Positions 22,702 through 30,924 of a stretch of 32,000 bases of DNA are shown piece after piece. The DNA is from Clostridium sp. (lineage in GTDB: Bacteria > Bacillota > Clostridia > Clostridiales > Clostridiaceae). Under the pieces are notes generated by a model. That model was not told the origin of the DNA. It made no database searches and saw only the letters and a list, made by a program, of their open reading frames with translations. How positions within the stretch are numbered: position 1 is the stretch's first letter; each line of letters begins with the position of its first letter. The stretch spans positions 1-32,000 of the forward strand of contig NZ_JBOITL010000032.1 of NCBI RefSeq assembly GCF_050717515.1, in the 5' to 3' direction. Position numbers and translations under genes: made by a program.

Positions 22702-22729
22702 ATTATACCATTAATGTAAAAACGCGCAA
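22702..22729 (-). promoter_or_regulatory. Sigma-A-type promoter for the HD gene
   Basis: The minus strand reads TTGCGC, a 16-nt spacer, then TGGTATAAT (extended -10). This predicts a 5' leader of about 170 nt. Confidence 0.45.
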
Positions 22730-22897
22730 GCGATAAATTCATAAGATAACTACTCTATAGAGCAATATGAGAGTATTATTAACGCTAAATTATATGTGTA
22801 ATAAGGTTAAAGGCATAAATGTTATAGAAAAAATACTTATATTTGGGTATAATCTAAATAAAGCTATAATATTTTTTTGTTAAAAGGAGCGATTTAA

Positions 22898-23545
22898 TTG
22901 AATATACTAATTGCTGATGATGAGAAACAAATGGTGAAAATTCTTTCAACTTATTTTCAAAAGGAAGGGTTTAATACAATTACAGCAGTGGATGGCGAGC
23001 AAGCATTAGATTTATTTCATTTGCATAAAATTGATTTAGCAATTTTAGATTGGATGATGCCTAAAGTTAGTGGTGTTGAGGTTTGCAAGTATATTAAAGA
23101 AAATAGTAATGCAAAGGTACTAATTTTAACGGCGAAAACGCAAAATGAAGATGAGATTGAAGCATTAAATTGTGGAGCTGATGAATACATAAAAAAGCCT
23201 TTTGATCCTAGAATACTTTTAATAAGGGCAAAAAAACTTATAAATATTAATGATGTGATAAATATTAATAATATAAAAATAAATACAGATGAGCAAAGGG
23301 TATATAAAAATGGAGAAGTCTTAAAATTAACAAAAATAGAATATGATCTTTTGATTTCCTTTGTTAGAAACAAGGGAATTATTTTATCCAGAGATAAGCT
23401 AATAGATTTAGTTTGGGGGATGGATTATGAGGGAGATTATAGAACGGTAGATACCCATATAAGAAGGCTCCGATCAAAAATAGGTGAGGATAGTATAAAA
23501 ACTTATAGAAGACTTGGTTACAGTATGGAGGCTGATGAAAATTAA
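22898..23545 (+). CDS. OmpR-family response regulator (third system)
   Basis: TTG start after AAAGGAG. Receiver motifs (ADDE, ILDWMMP, TAKT, DEYIKKPF) and a winged helix YRTVDTHIRRLRSKI...LGY. Confidence 0.85.
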   Translation: MNILIADDEKQMVKILSTYFQKEGFNTITAVDGEQALDLFHLHKIDLAILDWMMPKVSGVEVCKYIKENSNAKVLILTAKTQNEDEIEALNCGADEYIKKPFDPRILLIRAKKLININDVININNIKINTDEQRVYKNGEVLKLTKIEYDLLISFVRNKGIILSRDKLIDLVWGMDYEGDYRTVDTHIRRLRSKIGEDSIKTYRRLGYSMEADEN

Positions 23546-24905
23546 AATAAGTAAAAAATTGAGATTGTCTATAGCCTCAGTTATAATTTTTGTAACTATA
23601 ATTTCTATGGTAATAAATATATTCTTTATTGATAGATATTATATATTTAAAAAAACAAAGGCATTAAATAAGATTTCTGAGGGGATAAGCAGAGAAAAAA
23701 TAGATTATACTTTAAAAAATATAGGACAAATAGAAAAGAAAAATAGTGTCACTATAGTTTATTCAGAGCTAAGTAGTGACATTGATAATATTAATAAGGA
23801 GTTAATAACTAAATTTGATTTAAAAAAAATTAAATTAAATAAATTTTGGGTTACAGAAGATACCTTGAGCAAGATATCTAGTACAAGTGTAAATAAGATA
23901 TATGATCAAGGAGTAACAAAATATAAGGTATTAACAAAGTTTATAAAGGTTGATAAGTATATAGTTGCTATAGCAATGCCACTACCTTATATGGGGGAAA
24001 CTATAGATATTGTAAATAAGTTTAATATATATTTAAATATATTTTCTATAATTTTAATATTAATTTTAGTTAATATTTTTTCGAGTAAAATAATAAAACC
24101 ATTAGAACTTATAAAAAATTTATCAAAGGATATCGCTAGTTTAAATTTTAGAAAAGAAGAAATTAAAACAAATGATGAAATAGAAGAACTTGCTATAAGT
24201 ATAAATAGTATGAGTGAAAGCTTAGAGCAGGCACATAAGGAAATTAATCTTCAAAATGAAAGGCTAAAGACTTTGATTTCAGATATGGCTCATGAAATTA
24301 AAACCCCCTTAGCTTTAATAAAAGTATATGGACATGGTATTGAGGATGGGTTAGATGACGGAACATATATGGAGATAATTCAAGAGCAAATAGGCAATAT
24401 GGATAGTTTAGTAGAAAATATTTTATTTTTATCGAAAATTGAAAAAAAAGAATTAAAAAAATCTAGTTTTAGTTTAAAACAGAAGGTTAAAGATGTTTTA
24501 AAAAAATACAAACTACTTATAGATGAAGCTAACATAGAATTCATATTAAATATAGATAAAGATGATGAATGTATTGTTTATGGAGATGAGGAAGGGCTTG
24601 ATACTGTATTAAATAATTTAATTACAAATGCAATAAAGTATACTAATAATAACGAGGTAGAAATAGAAATATTTAAAGAAAACAATAATATAATATTTTC
24701 TATAGTGAATGGATTAGAGGAAAGTAGTGGAGAAAATTTAGAAAATATATGGGATCCTTTTTATGTGCTTGAAAAATCAAGGAGCAAGGAACTTTCTGGT
24801 ACAGGACTAGGTCTATCTATAGTAAAGAAAATATTAGAAAAGAATAATATCAACTTTGGGTTTAATGTAAAAGAAGATAAGATTGAATTTTATATAATAT
24901 TTTAA
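23535..24905 (+). CDS. Sensor histidine kinase with an extracytoplasmic domain of about 140 aa (third system)
   Basis: The preferred start is ATG 23535, behind GGAGG, overlapping the regulator's 3' end. H-box DMAHEIKTPLALIKVY, N-box NLITNAIKYT and G-box GTGLGLSI. Confidence 0.85.
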   Translation: MKIKISKKLRLSIASVIIFVTIISMVINIFFIDRYYIFKKTKALNKISEGISREKIDYTLKNIGQIEKKNSVTIVYSELSSDIDNINKELITKFDLKKIKLNKFWVTEDTLSKISSTSVNKIYDQGVTKYKVLTKFIKVDKYIVAIAMPLPYMGETIDIVNKFNIYLNIFSIILILILVNIFSSKIIKPLELIKNLSKDIASLNFRKEEIKTNDEIEELAISINSMSESLEQAHKEINLQNERLKTLISDMAHEIKTPLALIKVYGHGIEDGLDDGTYMEIIQEQIGNMDSLVENILFLSKIEKKELKKSSFSLKQKVKDVLKKYKLLIDEANIEFILNIDKDDECIVYGDEEGLDTVLNNLITNAIKYTNNNEVEIEIFKENNNIIFSIVNGLEESSGENLENIWDPFYVLEKSRSKELSGTGLGLSIVKKILEKNNINFGFNVKEDKIEFYIIF

Positions 24906-25007
24906 CGACATTTCAGAAGGGAAGACCCCACATCTACAAGTAGAGAATATCTACCATAGCAAAATGAAATTTCAGTGTGAGTCTAAATCTCCTTCTGAAG
25001 TCGTTAA
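24902..25007. other. 106-nt inverted-repeat, multi-stem element (structured RNA or MITE-like remnant)
   Basis: TTAACGAC(AT)TTCAGAAGG at 24902-24920 pairs with CCTTCTGAAGTCGTTAA at 24991-25007 (17 bp with a 2-nt bulge). An inner helix joins AGAC..CACA and TGTG..GTCT, and there is a GTAGA-GAATA-TCTAC hairpin. It is GC-richer than its surroundings and overlaps the kinase stop codon. Confidence 0.5.
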
Positions 25008-25044
25008 TATTGCAGCATCGCAGATGGTGATTTAAATATAGGTT

Positions 25045-25073
25045 TTGTAACATTGGTGTAACATTTCTATAGT
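25045..25073 (+). promoter_or_regulatory. Putative promoter of the large lipoprotein gene
   Basis: TTGTAA, a 17-nt spacer, then TATAGT. TGTAACAT is repeated twice at 11-bp phasing (25046-25053 and 25057-25064), which could be a regulator site. Confidence 0.4.
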
Positions 25074-25096
25074 ATTTTCTTTATGAGGTGATTTAG

Positions 25097-27418
25097 TTGA
25101 AAAAAAGAATATCATTATTTTTAGTAGCGATAACAGTAACAACATTATTTTCAGGTTGTAATAAAGCTGTTTTAAGTAATAACAAAGTAGTTTTAAGTAG
25201 TAGTAAAAGTAATACTATGGTTGAAAATTTAGATTTTAAATTTAAAGTCCAACCTGAAACATTTAAGGTAACAGTAGAATCTAATGGAACCACAGAAACA
25301 GTATCAGAACCCTTAGAAAAAATGGAAGTATCAAATTTAAAGAACAATGGAGATCAAATATCTTGGAGTTATAAAAAGAAAAATATTGATGTGCAAATTC
25401 AAAAGAAAGATAAGTATTTAGACGTATCCATAAAATCCAGTATTAAAGATGTGGAAAATAAATTTTTATGGCCCAAAGTAACGGGAGAAGCATATATGCT
25501 TCCATTAAATGAGGGCAAGTATATTCCAAAGGATGATAAAGTTTGGAAAGAATATTTAAATGATAATGAAATGAAAACTTTTGAGTCTTTTTCTATGCAG
25601 TTTTTTGCAGCAAGCAAAAAGAATTATTCGCTATTATATATAATTAACAATCCTTATAATAATGAAGTTAAATTTGATACTAAAGAAAATATTAAATTTA
25701 CTTTTAATCATGAATATCCTTTAATAAATAAAAATAGGGATTACGGGTTTAGAATTTATCTAACTAAGAATAATCCGGTAGATATAGCTAAAACTTATAA
25801 AAACGTTATTGCTCCACAGGGGAACTTTAAGTCTTTAGAGGATAAGGCTAAGGATAATAAAAATATTGAAAAGCTTTATGGAGCACCACATGTTTATTTT
25901 TGGGATAGGTCAGCAATATCCCAGGAAAATATTAAATGGAATAAGCTAAAAGGAAAAATCCCACAAGATTTAAAACTTTGGATGCAGAAGTTACTAAAAA
26001 CAAAGGTTGAAGATGGTGGAGAGCTAGCTACTGCTTTTAATGATATAGATTCTTTAGAGTATATTGATAAATATACAAAAGATAGAATTATAAAAAGTTT
26101 TAATTCACTAGTACAATTAAAGGAGTTTTACAATCCTAAGCTATTTGTGAATTTAGATAAAAAGAGTAAAGCATTGATAGGAAAGGACATAAATAAGTTA
26201 AATCCATTAGAATTAATAGATTTAAATAAAAGTTTATTAAAATTATCTTTAGGGGATGTAGCAGATCCTATTGAAAAATGGGCAGAGGCTAATTCTGTTA
26301 ATGTACTTTACGATATGAAAAAGTCAGGTATTGATAAAATGTGGCTAGGATTAGATGACTGGCAGGAAGGCTTTTTAAATCCAAAATTAGTTAGTGAGGC
26401 AAATAAACTGGGATATTTAATAGGTACTTATGATTCTTATCATTCAATTCATAAGCCAGGAGAAGAAAAGTGGTCCACAGCAAAATTTTCTGATACATCT
26501 CTTTATGAAAATGCTACTGTAACCAATAAAGAGGGTAAGAAGATAGAAGGATTTAATGGAACGGGAAGGAAATTAAACCCAACTCTTGCTATGCAAAGTG
26601 TAAAAGATAGGGTGTCATCTATTTTAAAGACTGGTTTAAAGTATAATTCATGGTTTTTAGATACAGATGCAACAGGAGAAGTGGTGGATGATTATTCTAA
26701 AGCGCATCCTACAACAGAGGTAGAAGATATAAAGGCAAGAATAGAAAGAATGGAATACCTTCAAAAACAGTTTAATATGGTGGTTGGAAGTGAAGGCGGA
26801 AATGATTTTGCAAGTAAATCCATAGCCTTTGCTCATGGCATAGAAACTCCAGCCTTTTCTTGGATGGATAAGGATATGAGTAAAAATAAGGATAGTGAAT
26901 ATTATGTAGGAAGATATTATTCAAGTAATGGAGGAGTAGCAGAGTTATTTTCAAAGCAGGTACCCATAAAGGATAAATATAAGAAGCTATTTATAGATAC
27001 TGCTTATACAATTCCATTATACAAATTAGTTTATAATGATTCAGTCATAACTTCTCATTGGTGGGGTTTTGGTACATTAAAAATAAAAGATGAAGTGAAA
27101 AATAGAATGTTATATGAGATTTTATATAATGTGCCACCACTTTATCATATTGATAAAAATGAGTGGAATAAGAATAAAGAGGTTATTGTAAAACATACGA
27201 AGACTTGGTCTGATTTTAGTAAAAAGGCAATTACTATGGAAATGACAGATTTTGAAATTCTATCAAAGGATAGATCCGTTCAAATGACTAAATACGGAAA
27301 AGATTTAAAGGTAATAGCTAATTTTTCTAATAAAGAAGTTAATGCTTATGGAGAAAAAATTGCTGCAAAATCTCTTATTATAATTGATGGAAAAAGTAAA
27401 ATTAAATATACCCCATAA
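25097..27418 (+). CDS. 773-aa lipoprotein of unknown function (possibly a glycoside-hydrolase-like barrel)
   Basis: TTG start after GAGGTGA. Signal peptide with lipobox LFSGC. Conserved-looking acidic segments WFLDTDATGE and VVGSEGGNDFA. I recognise no characterised family. Confidence 0.5.
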   Translation: MKKRISLFLVAITVTTLFSGCNKAVLSNNKVVLSSSKSNTMVENLDFKFKVQPETFKVTVESNGTTETVSEPLEKMEVSNLKNNGDQISWSYKKKNIDVQIQKKDKYLDVSIKSSIKDVENKFLWPKVTGEAYMLPLNEGKYIPKDDKVWKEYLNDNEMKTFESFSMQFFAASKKNYSLLYIINNPYNNEVKFDTKENIKFTFNHEYPLINKNRDYGFRIYLTKNNPVDIAKTYKNVIAPQGNFKSLEDKAKDNKNIEKLYGAPHVYFWDRSAISQENIKWNKLKGKIPQDLKLWMQKLLKTKVEDGGELATAFNDIDSLEYIDKYTKDRIIKSFNSLVQLKEFYNPKLFVNLDKKSKALIGKDINKLNPLELIDLNKSLLKLSLGDVADPIEKWAEANSVNVLYDMKKSGIDKMWLGLDDWQEGFLNPKLVSEANKLGYLIGTYDSYHSIHKPGEEKWSTAKFSDTSLYENATVTNKEGKKIEGFNGTGRKLNPTLAMQSVKDRVSSILKTGLKYNSWFLDTDATGEVVDDYSKAHPTTEVEDIKARIERMEYLQKQFNMVVGSEGGNDFASKSIAFAHGIETPAFSWMDKDMSKNKDSEYYVGRYYSSNGGVAELFSKQVPIKDKYKKLFIDTAYTIPLYKLVYNDSVITSHWWGFGTLKIKDEVKNRMLYEILYNVPPLYHIDKNEWNKNKEVIVKHTKTWSDFSKKAITMEMTDFEILSKDRSVQMTKYGKDLKVIANFSNKEVNAYGEKIAAKSLIIIDGKSKIKYTP

Positions 27419-27429
27419 AGGACTAAGGT

Positions 27430-27464
27430 CTAGCTTATAAATTATATATAAGCTAGAGCTTTTT
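27430..27464 (+). terminator. Rho-independent terminator after the lipoprotein gene
   Basis: CTAGCTTATA-AATTATA-TATAAGCTAG (10-bp stem), then AGC and T5. Confidence 0.75.
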
Positions 27465-27550
27465 CATTTAAAAGGTAAAGGCATGTAACATGGGACATTT
27501 ATTTGGATATTAGAATAATTTAAAACTAAAGTTAAAGGATATGATAAAAA

Positions 27551-28378
27551 ATGAGAATGAGAAAAAAAATTATTATTTGGACAATATTATGTATAAGTTT
27601 ACTAGGGATATATACAACATTTATAGAAAGAAATTTATTAATCGTAAAAAGGCATAATGTGACAATCAATAAAAATGGAAAGGAAGAATTAAAGGTAGTG
27701 CAAATTACAGATATACATCTTGGACAATTTTACAATTTAGATCAGCTAGAGAAGGTGGTCCAAAAAATTAATGGTTTAAATGCTGATATAGTGGTATTTA
27801 CAGGTGATTTAATTGATAATGCTTCAACCTATGACGAAATTTACAATGTAGCAGGCACACTTAAAAAAATAAAATGTAGGATAGGTAAATATGCTATATA
27901 CGGCAATCATGACTATGGTGGAGGTGCTGTTAGATACTATGATGATATAATGAATAAAGGTGGATTTAAGGTTTTGAAAAATGAGGGGACAAGCATTTTG
28001 TTTAAGGATAAGCATGTAAGAATTTTTGGAGCAGATGATGGGTTAATGGGAAATCATAATGTAGATAAAACAATGAATGGAATTAACAATAAGTCTATAA
28101 ATTTATTATTGCTACATGAGCCAGATTTAATAGAGGGATATAGTAATTATCCAGTTGATTTAGTGCTTAGTGGACATAGTCATGGTGGACAAATATACAT
28201 TCCACTTTACGGTCCATTAAAGAAAAATGTACTATCAGAAAAATATACAAAGGGATTTTATAAACTAGATAACCCTAGAGGTACAAAAATATATGTTAAT
28301 AGTGGACTCGGAAATACAAAAGTACCATTTAGATTGTTTAATATTCCACAAATTTCGCTTTTTAATTTAAAAATATAA
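27551..28378 (+). CDS. Membrane-anchored calcineurin-like metallophosphoesterase (YkuE/YaeI-like)
   Basis: N-terminal TM helix. Motifs DIHLG, GDLID, GNHD, LLHEP and GHSHGGQ. Confidence 0.85.
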   Translation: MRMRKKIIIWTILCISLLGIYTTFIERNLLIVKRHNVTINKNGKEELKVVQITDIHLGQFYNLDQLEKVVQKINGLNADIVVFTGDLIDNASTYDEIYNVAGTLKKIKCRIGKYAIYGNHDYGGGAVRYYDDIMNKGGFKVLKNEGTSILFKDKHVRIFGADDGLMGNHNVDKTMNGINNKSINLLLLHEPDLIEGYSNYPVDLVLSGHSHGGQIYIPLYGPLKKNVLSEKYTKGFYKLDNPRGTKIYVNSGLGNTKVPFRLFNIPQISLFNLKI

Positions 28379-28442
28379 TATTTAATTGTGTGTAAATGCA
28401 TAACTATTTCTAGTAACAAATATCTTAAAAATAAATGAGGGA

Positions 28443-28946
28443 ATGGTTATTGGAGCAGTATTATCAACACATCTTTTAATAAGTACAAATATTAATGTTT
28501 CTTGGATTATAAATGAAGTAGGGTTAACTATAATAGGCATTGGAGTTGCAATGGTATTTAATTTATTTACAGCACCACTGGAGGATAGTTTTAAAAAAAA
28601 TAAAGAGAAGAAAGAAGAGCTATATAGATATGAGAATGACACAATTAGATGCAATAAAAAAAGAATGAAAAGACATTTTTCAAGGTTCTATATGACCTAT
28701 GAACAAACTAGAATATTATCAGAGTTTACTGAAAATGTTGCAATTAATATTCATGAAGATAATGATTGTATCGAACTTATGAGTAAACTCGACTTACTTA
28801 GGAGTAATTATAAAATGATGGAACTACCGAAAAATAGGAATGAATTTGAAAATAGGGCGTTGCTATTTCAATTTTTAAATGATTTAGAGGATTTTTTAAT
28901 TATTAAAAAAGAATTCAAAGAATCTATTGATAATTTATACAGATAA
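28443..28946 (+). pseudogene. Aromatic-acid-exporter-family (UPF0421/YgaE-like) protein, C-terminal part only
   Basis: Only the last TM segments and the cytoplasmic helical tail (EFENRALLFQFLNDLEDFL) are present. The frame is closed 42 nt upstream by TAA 28401-28403, right after the preceding gene. Full-length family members are roughly twice as long. Confidence 0.4.
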
Positions 28947-28976
28947 AAAAACTAATTAATAACCCAGAAATTGTCG

Positions 28977-29024
28977 TATAAATATAGCACAATAACTTTA
29001 TAAGTTACTGCGGCTATATTTATA
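28977..29024. terminator. Bidirectional hairpin between convergent genes
   Basis: TATAAATATAGC (28977-28988) and GCTATATTTATA (29013-29024) form a perfect 12-bp inverted repeat with a 24-nt loop. Confidence 0.45.
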
Positions 29025-29031
29025 GTAACAA

Positions 29032-29730
29032 TTACTGTTTTACAATAATACCATCTTCTATTATAATAGTTTTTTTGCAAAAGCTTGCAAGTTGTTCGTT
29101 ATGAGTAACCAATATTACTGTGGTATTACTTGTATCATTAATACTTTTTAATATGTTGATAATGTTTAAACTATTAGTTTTATCTAATGCACCGGTTGGT
29201 TCATCTGCTAAAATTATATCTGGTTTATTAACCAAAGCTCTTGCTATTGCCACTCTTTGCTGTTGTCCACCGGACAATTGAGTAATTTTTTTGTTTATAG
29301 ACTCATCCATACCAACTTTTTTTAAAGACTCTATTGCCAATTTTTTTATCTCAGTTTTGCTTAATTGTTTACTTTTACCTAAAAGTAGATTTCTATATAT
29401 AAGGAGTACTTCAACATTTTCAATAACATTATATTCTGTAATCAAAGAAAAATTTTGAAATATAAATCCCATTTTAGTGTTTCTTATTATAGCTAATTCT
29501 TTATCATTATAATTTGTAATATCTTTACCATCAAATTCAAATTTTCCACTAGTACTGTTGTCTAGACATCCAATCAAATTTAATAATGTAGATTTTCCAG
29601 AGCCTGATGTTCCTAAAATGGCTAGCATGTCCCCTTTTTCTATACTTAAATTAACCTTATTTAACGCATAAAGAGTTTCCACTCCATTTCCATATTTTTT
29701 TACGACTTCTGTTAATTTTATATAACTCAA
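29032..29730 (-). CDS. MacB/LolD-type ABC transporter ATP-binding protein
   Basis: Walker A GTSGSGKST, signature LSGGQQQRVAIARA, Walker B ILADEPTGALD and H-loop VTHN. Confidence 0.9.
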   Translation of the reverse strand: MSYIKLTEVVKKYGNGVETLYALNKVNLSIEKGDMLAILGTSGSGKSTLLNLIGCLDNSTSGKFEFDGKDITNYNDKELAIIRNTKMGFIFQNFSLITEYNVIENVEVLLIYRNLLLGKSKQLSKTEIKKLAIESLKKVGMDESINKKITQLSGGQQQRVAIARALVNKPDIILADEPTGALDKTNSLNIINILKSINDTSNTTVILVTHNEQLASFCKKTIIIEDGIIVKQ

Positions 29731-29732
29731 AA

Positions 29733-30923
29733 TTAATTCCCCCTAATCAAATCAACGATATTTTTCTTCAATATATAAGATTTGTATATAAAAAATGTCA
29801 TAGCTAATATAGCAAGCGAAATACTAAAAGAAGGGAAAATAGATTTAATAATTAAAGATATCGTTAAATCCATACCAAAAATATAGCTTGTAATAATTAT
29901 GGGAAAAATTGAGATTAGATTAGTTATAATCAATGCAATTAGAAATTCTCCACATACCAACCTGGATAATTCCTTACTTGTTGATCCTAAAGCAAATCTG
30001 ATTCCATATTCTCTCTTTCTAAAAGTAATATAATTAGTCATTATACCCACAAATCCTACCAATGATAAAACGGATAATAAAACCGCAAATGTTAGCGATA
30101 ATATAATCCAAGGCTTACTATCTTCATATATCTGAGTTATCAAATCATTAACTTCAATATATTTAAAGTTTGAATTATTATTTAATTTAGAAAAATCAGT
30201 AGTAAATTGTTTTAAGTCTTGACTCTTCTTTACTGATACAATTGTATGCCCAGTTTTCATTGTAAAATTAATTCCATTATCATAAAAGTACTGCTTATCA
30301 AATGGTATAATAAGAGAATTTTTTAAAGTATTAATGGATGGTTGACCACCATTTCTAGAATTCCAAAAAACAGCACTACTATTTGTTATTCCTACAACTT
30401 TAAATTTTAAATTTATTAGTTTACTATTTTGAAGCATTTCCATAGTAAGTATACTACCTAAACTCCATTTTTTTGATAAATCATTGCTAATAACAATTGG
30501 GATTTCATCTTTAGATTTTTTATAATTAAAAAGATCAATAGTGCCTTTACAAACATTAATATTATAGAGATCAAAGGCACCTCTATTTAAATAAATCGCA
30601 TTAAATTCTTCTTTTTTAATTTTAATTTTATTCATATGAAAGCTACCTATTTTATTAACCACTTTATTTTGAGATATTTTTTCATAAATTCGGTCAATTG
30701 AATTTATAGGATCCTTATCAATTGAAGGTACTGAAAGTCCAATCATTACTGACTTATTTTTATCAACTAATTTATCAATACTGTATTTTAAGTCTAAATT
30801 TTTATTTATTAAGGTAAACGCAAAATTTAAAGATATAAAAATTATGATAAGTTGAAAAAAAACTAATTTAAATTTTACACCTTGTTTTGATATAGATTTA
30901 AGTATTATTCGTAATCTCCACAT
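29733..30923 (-). CDS. FtsX/MacB-type ABC permease (4 TM with a large extracytoplasmic domain), subunit B
   Basis: One N-terminal TM helix, a loop of about 230 aa, then three C-terminal TM helices with an FtsX-like segment (KREYGIRFALGST). Confidence 0.7.
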   Translation of the reverse strand: MWRLRIILKSISKQGVKFKLVFFQLIIIFISLNFAFTLINKNLDLKYSIDKLVDKNKSVMIGLSVPSIDKDPINSIDRIYEKISQNKVVNKIGSFHMNKIKIKKEEFNAIYLNRGAFDLYNINVCKGTIDLFNYKKSKDEIPIVISNDLSKKWSLGSILTMEMLQNSKLINLKFKVVGITNSSAVFWNSRNGGQPSINTLKNSLIIPFDKQYFYDNGINFTMKTGHTIVSVKKSQDLKQFTTDFSKLNNNSNFKYIEVNDLITQIYEDSKPWIILSLTFAVLLSVLSLVGFVGIMTNYITFRKREYGIRFALGSTSKELSRLVCGEFLIALIITNLISIFPIIITSYIFGMDLTISLIIKSIFPSFSISLAILAMTFFIYKSYILKKNIVDLIRGN

Positions 30924-30924
30924 A

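Noticed and set aside
22802-22810. Single TAAGGTTAA word upstream of the third regulator gene, as a possible extra member of the TAAGGTT regulon
   Set aside because: It is a lone box without a phased partner or the palindrome. For this base composition I estimate roughly one chance occurrence of such a 9-mer in 32 kb on both strands.
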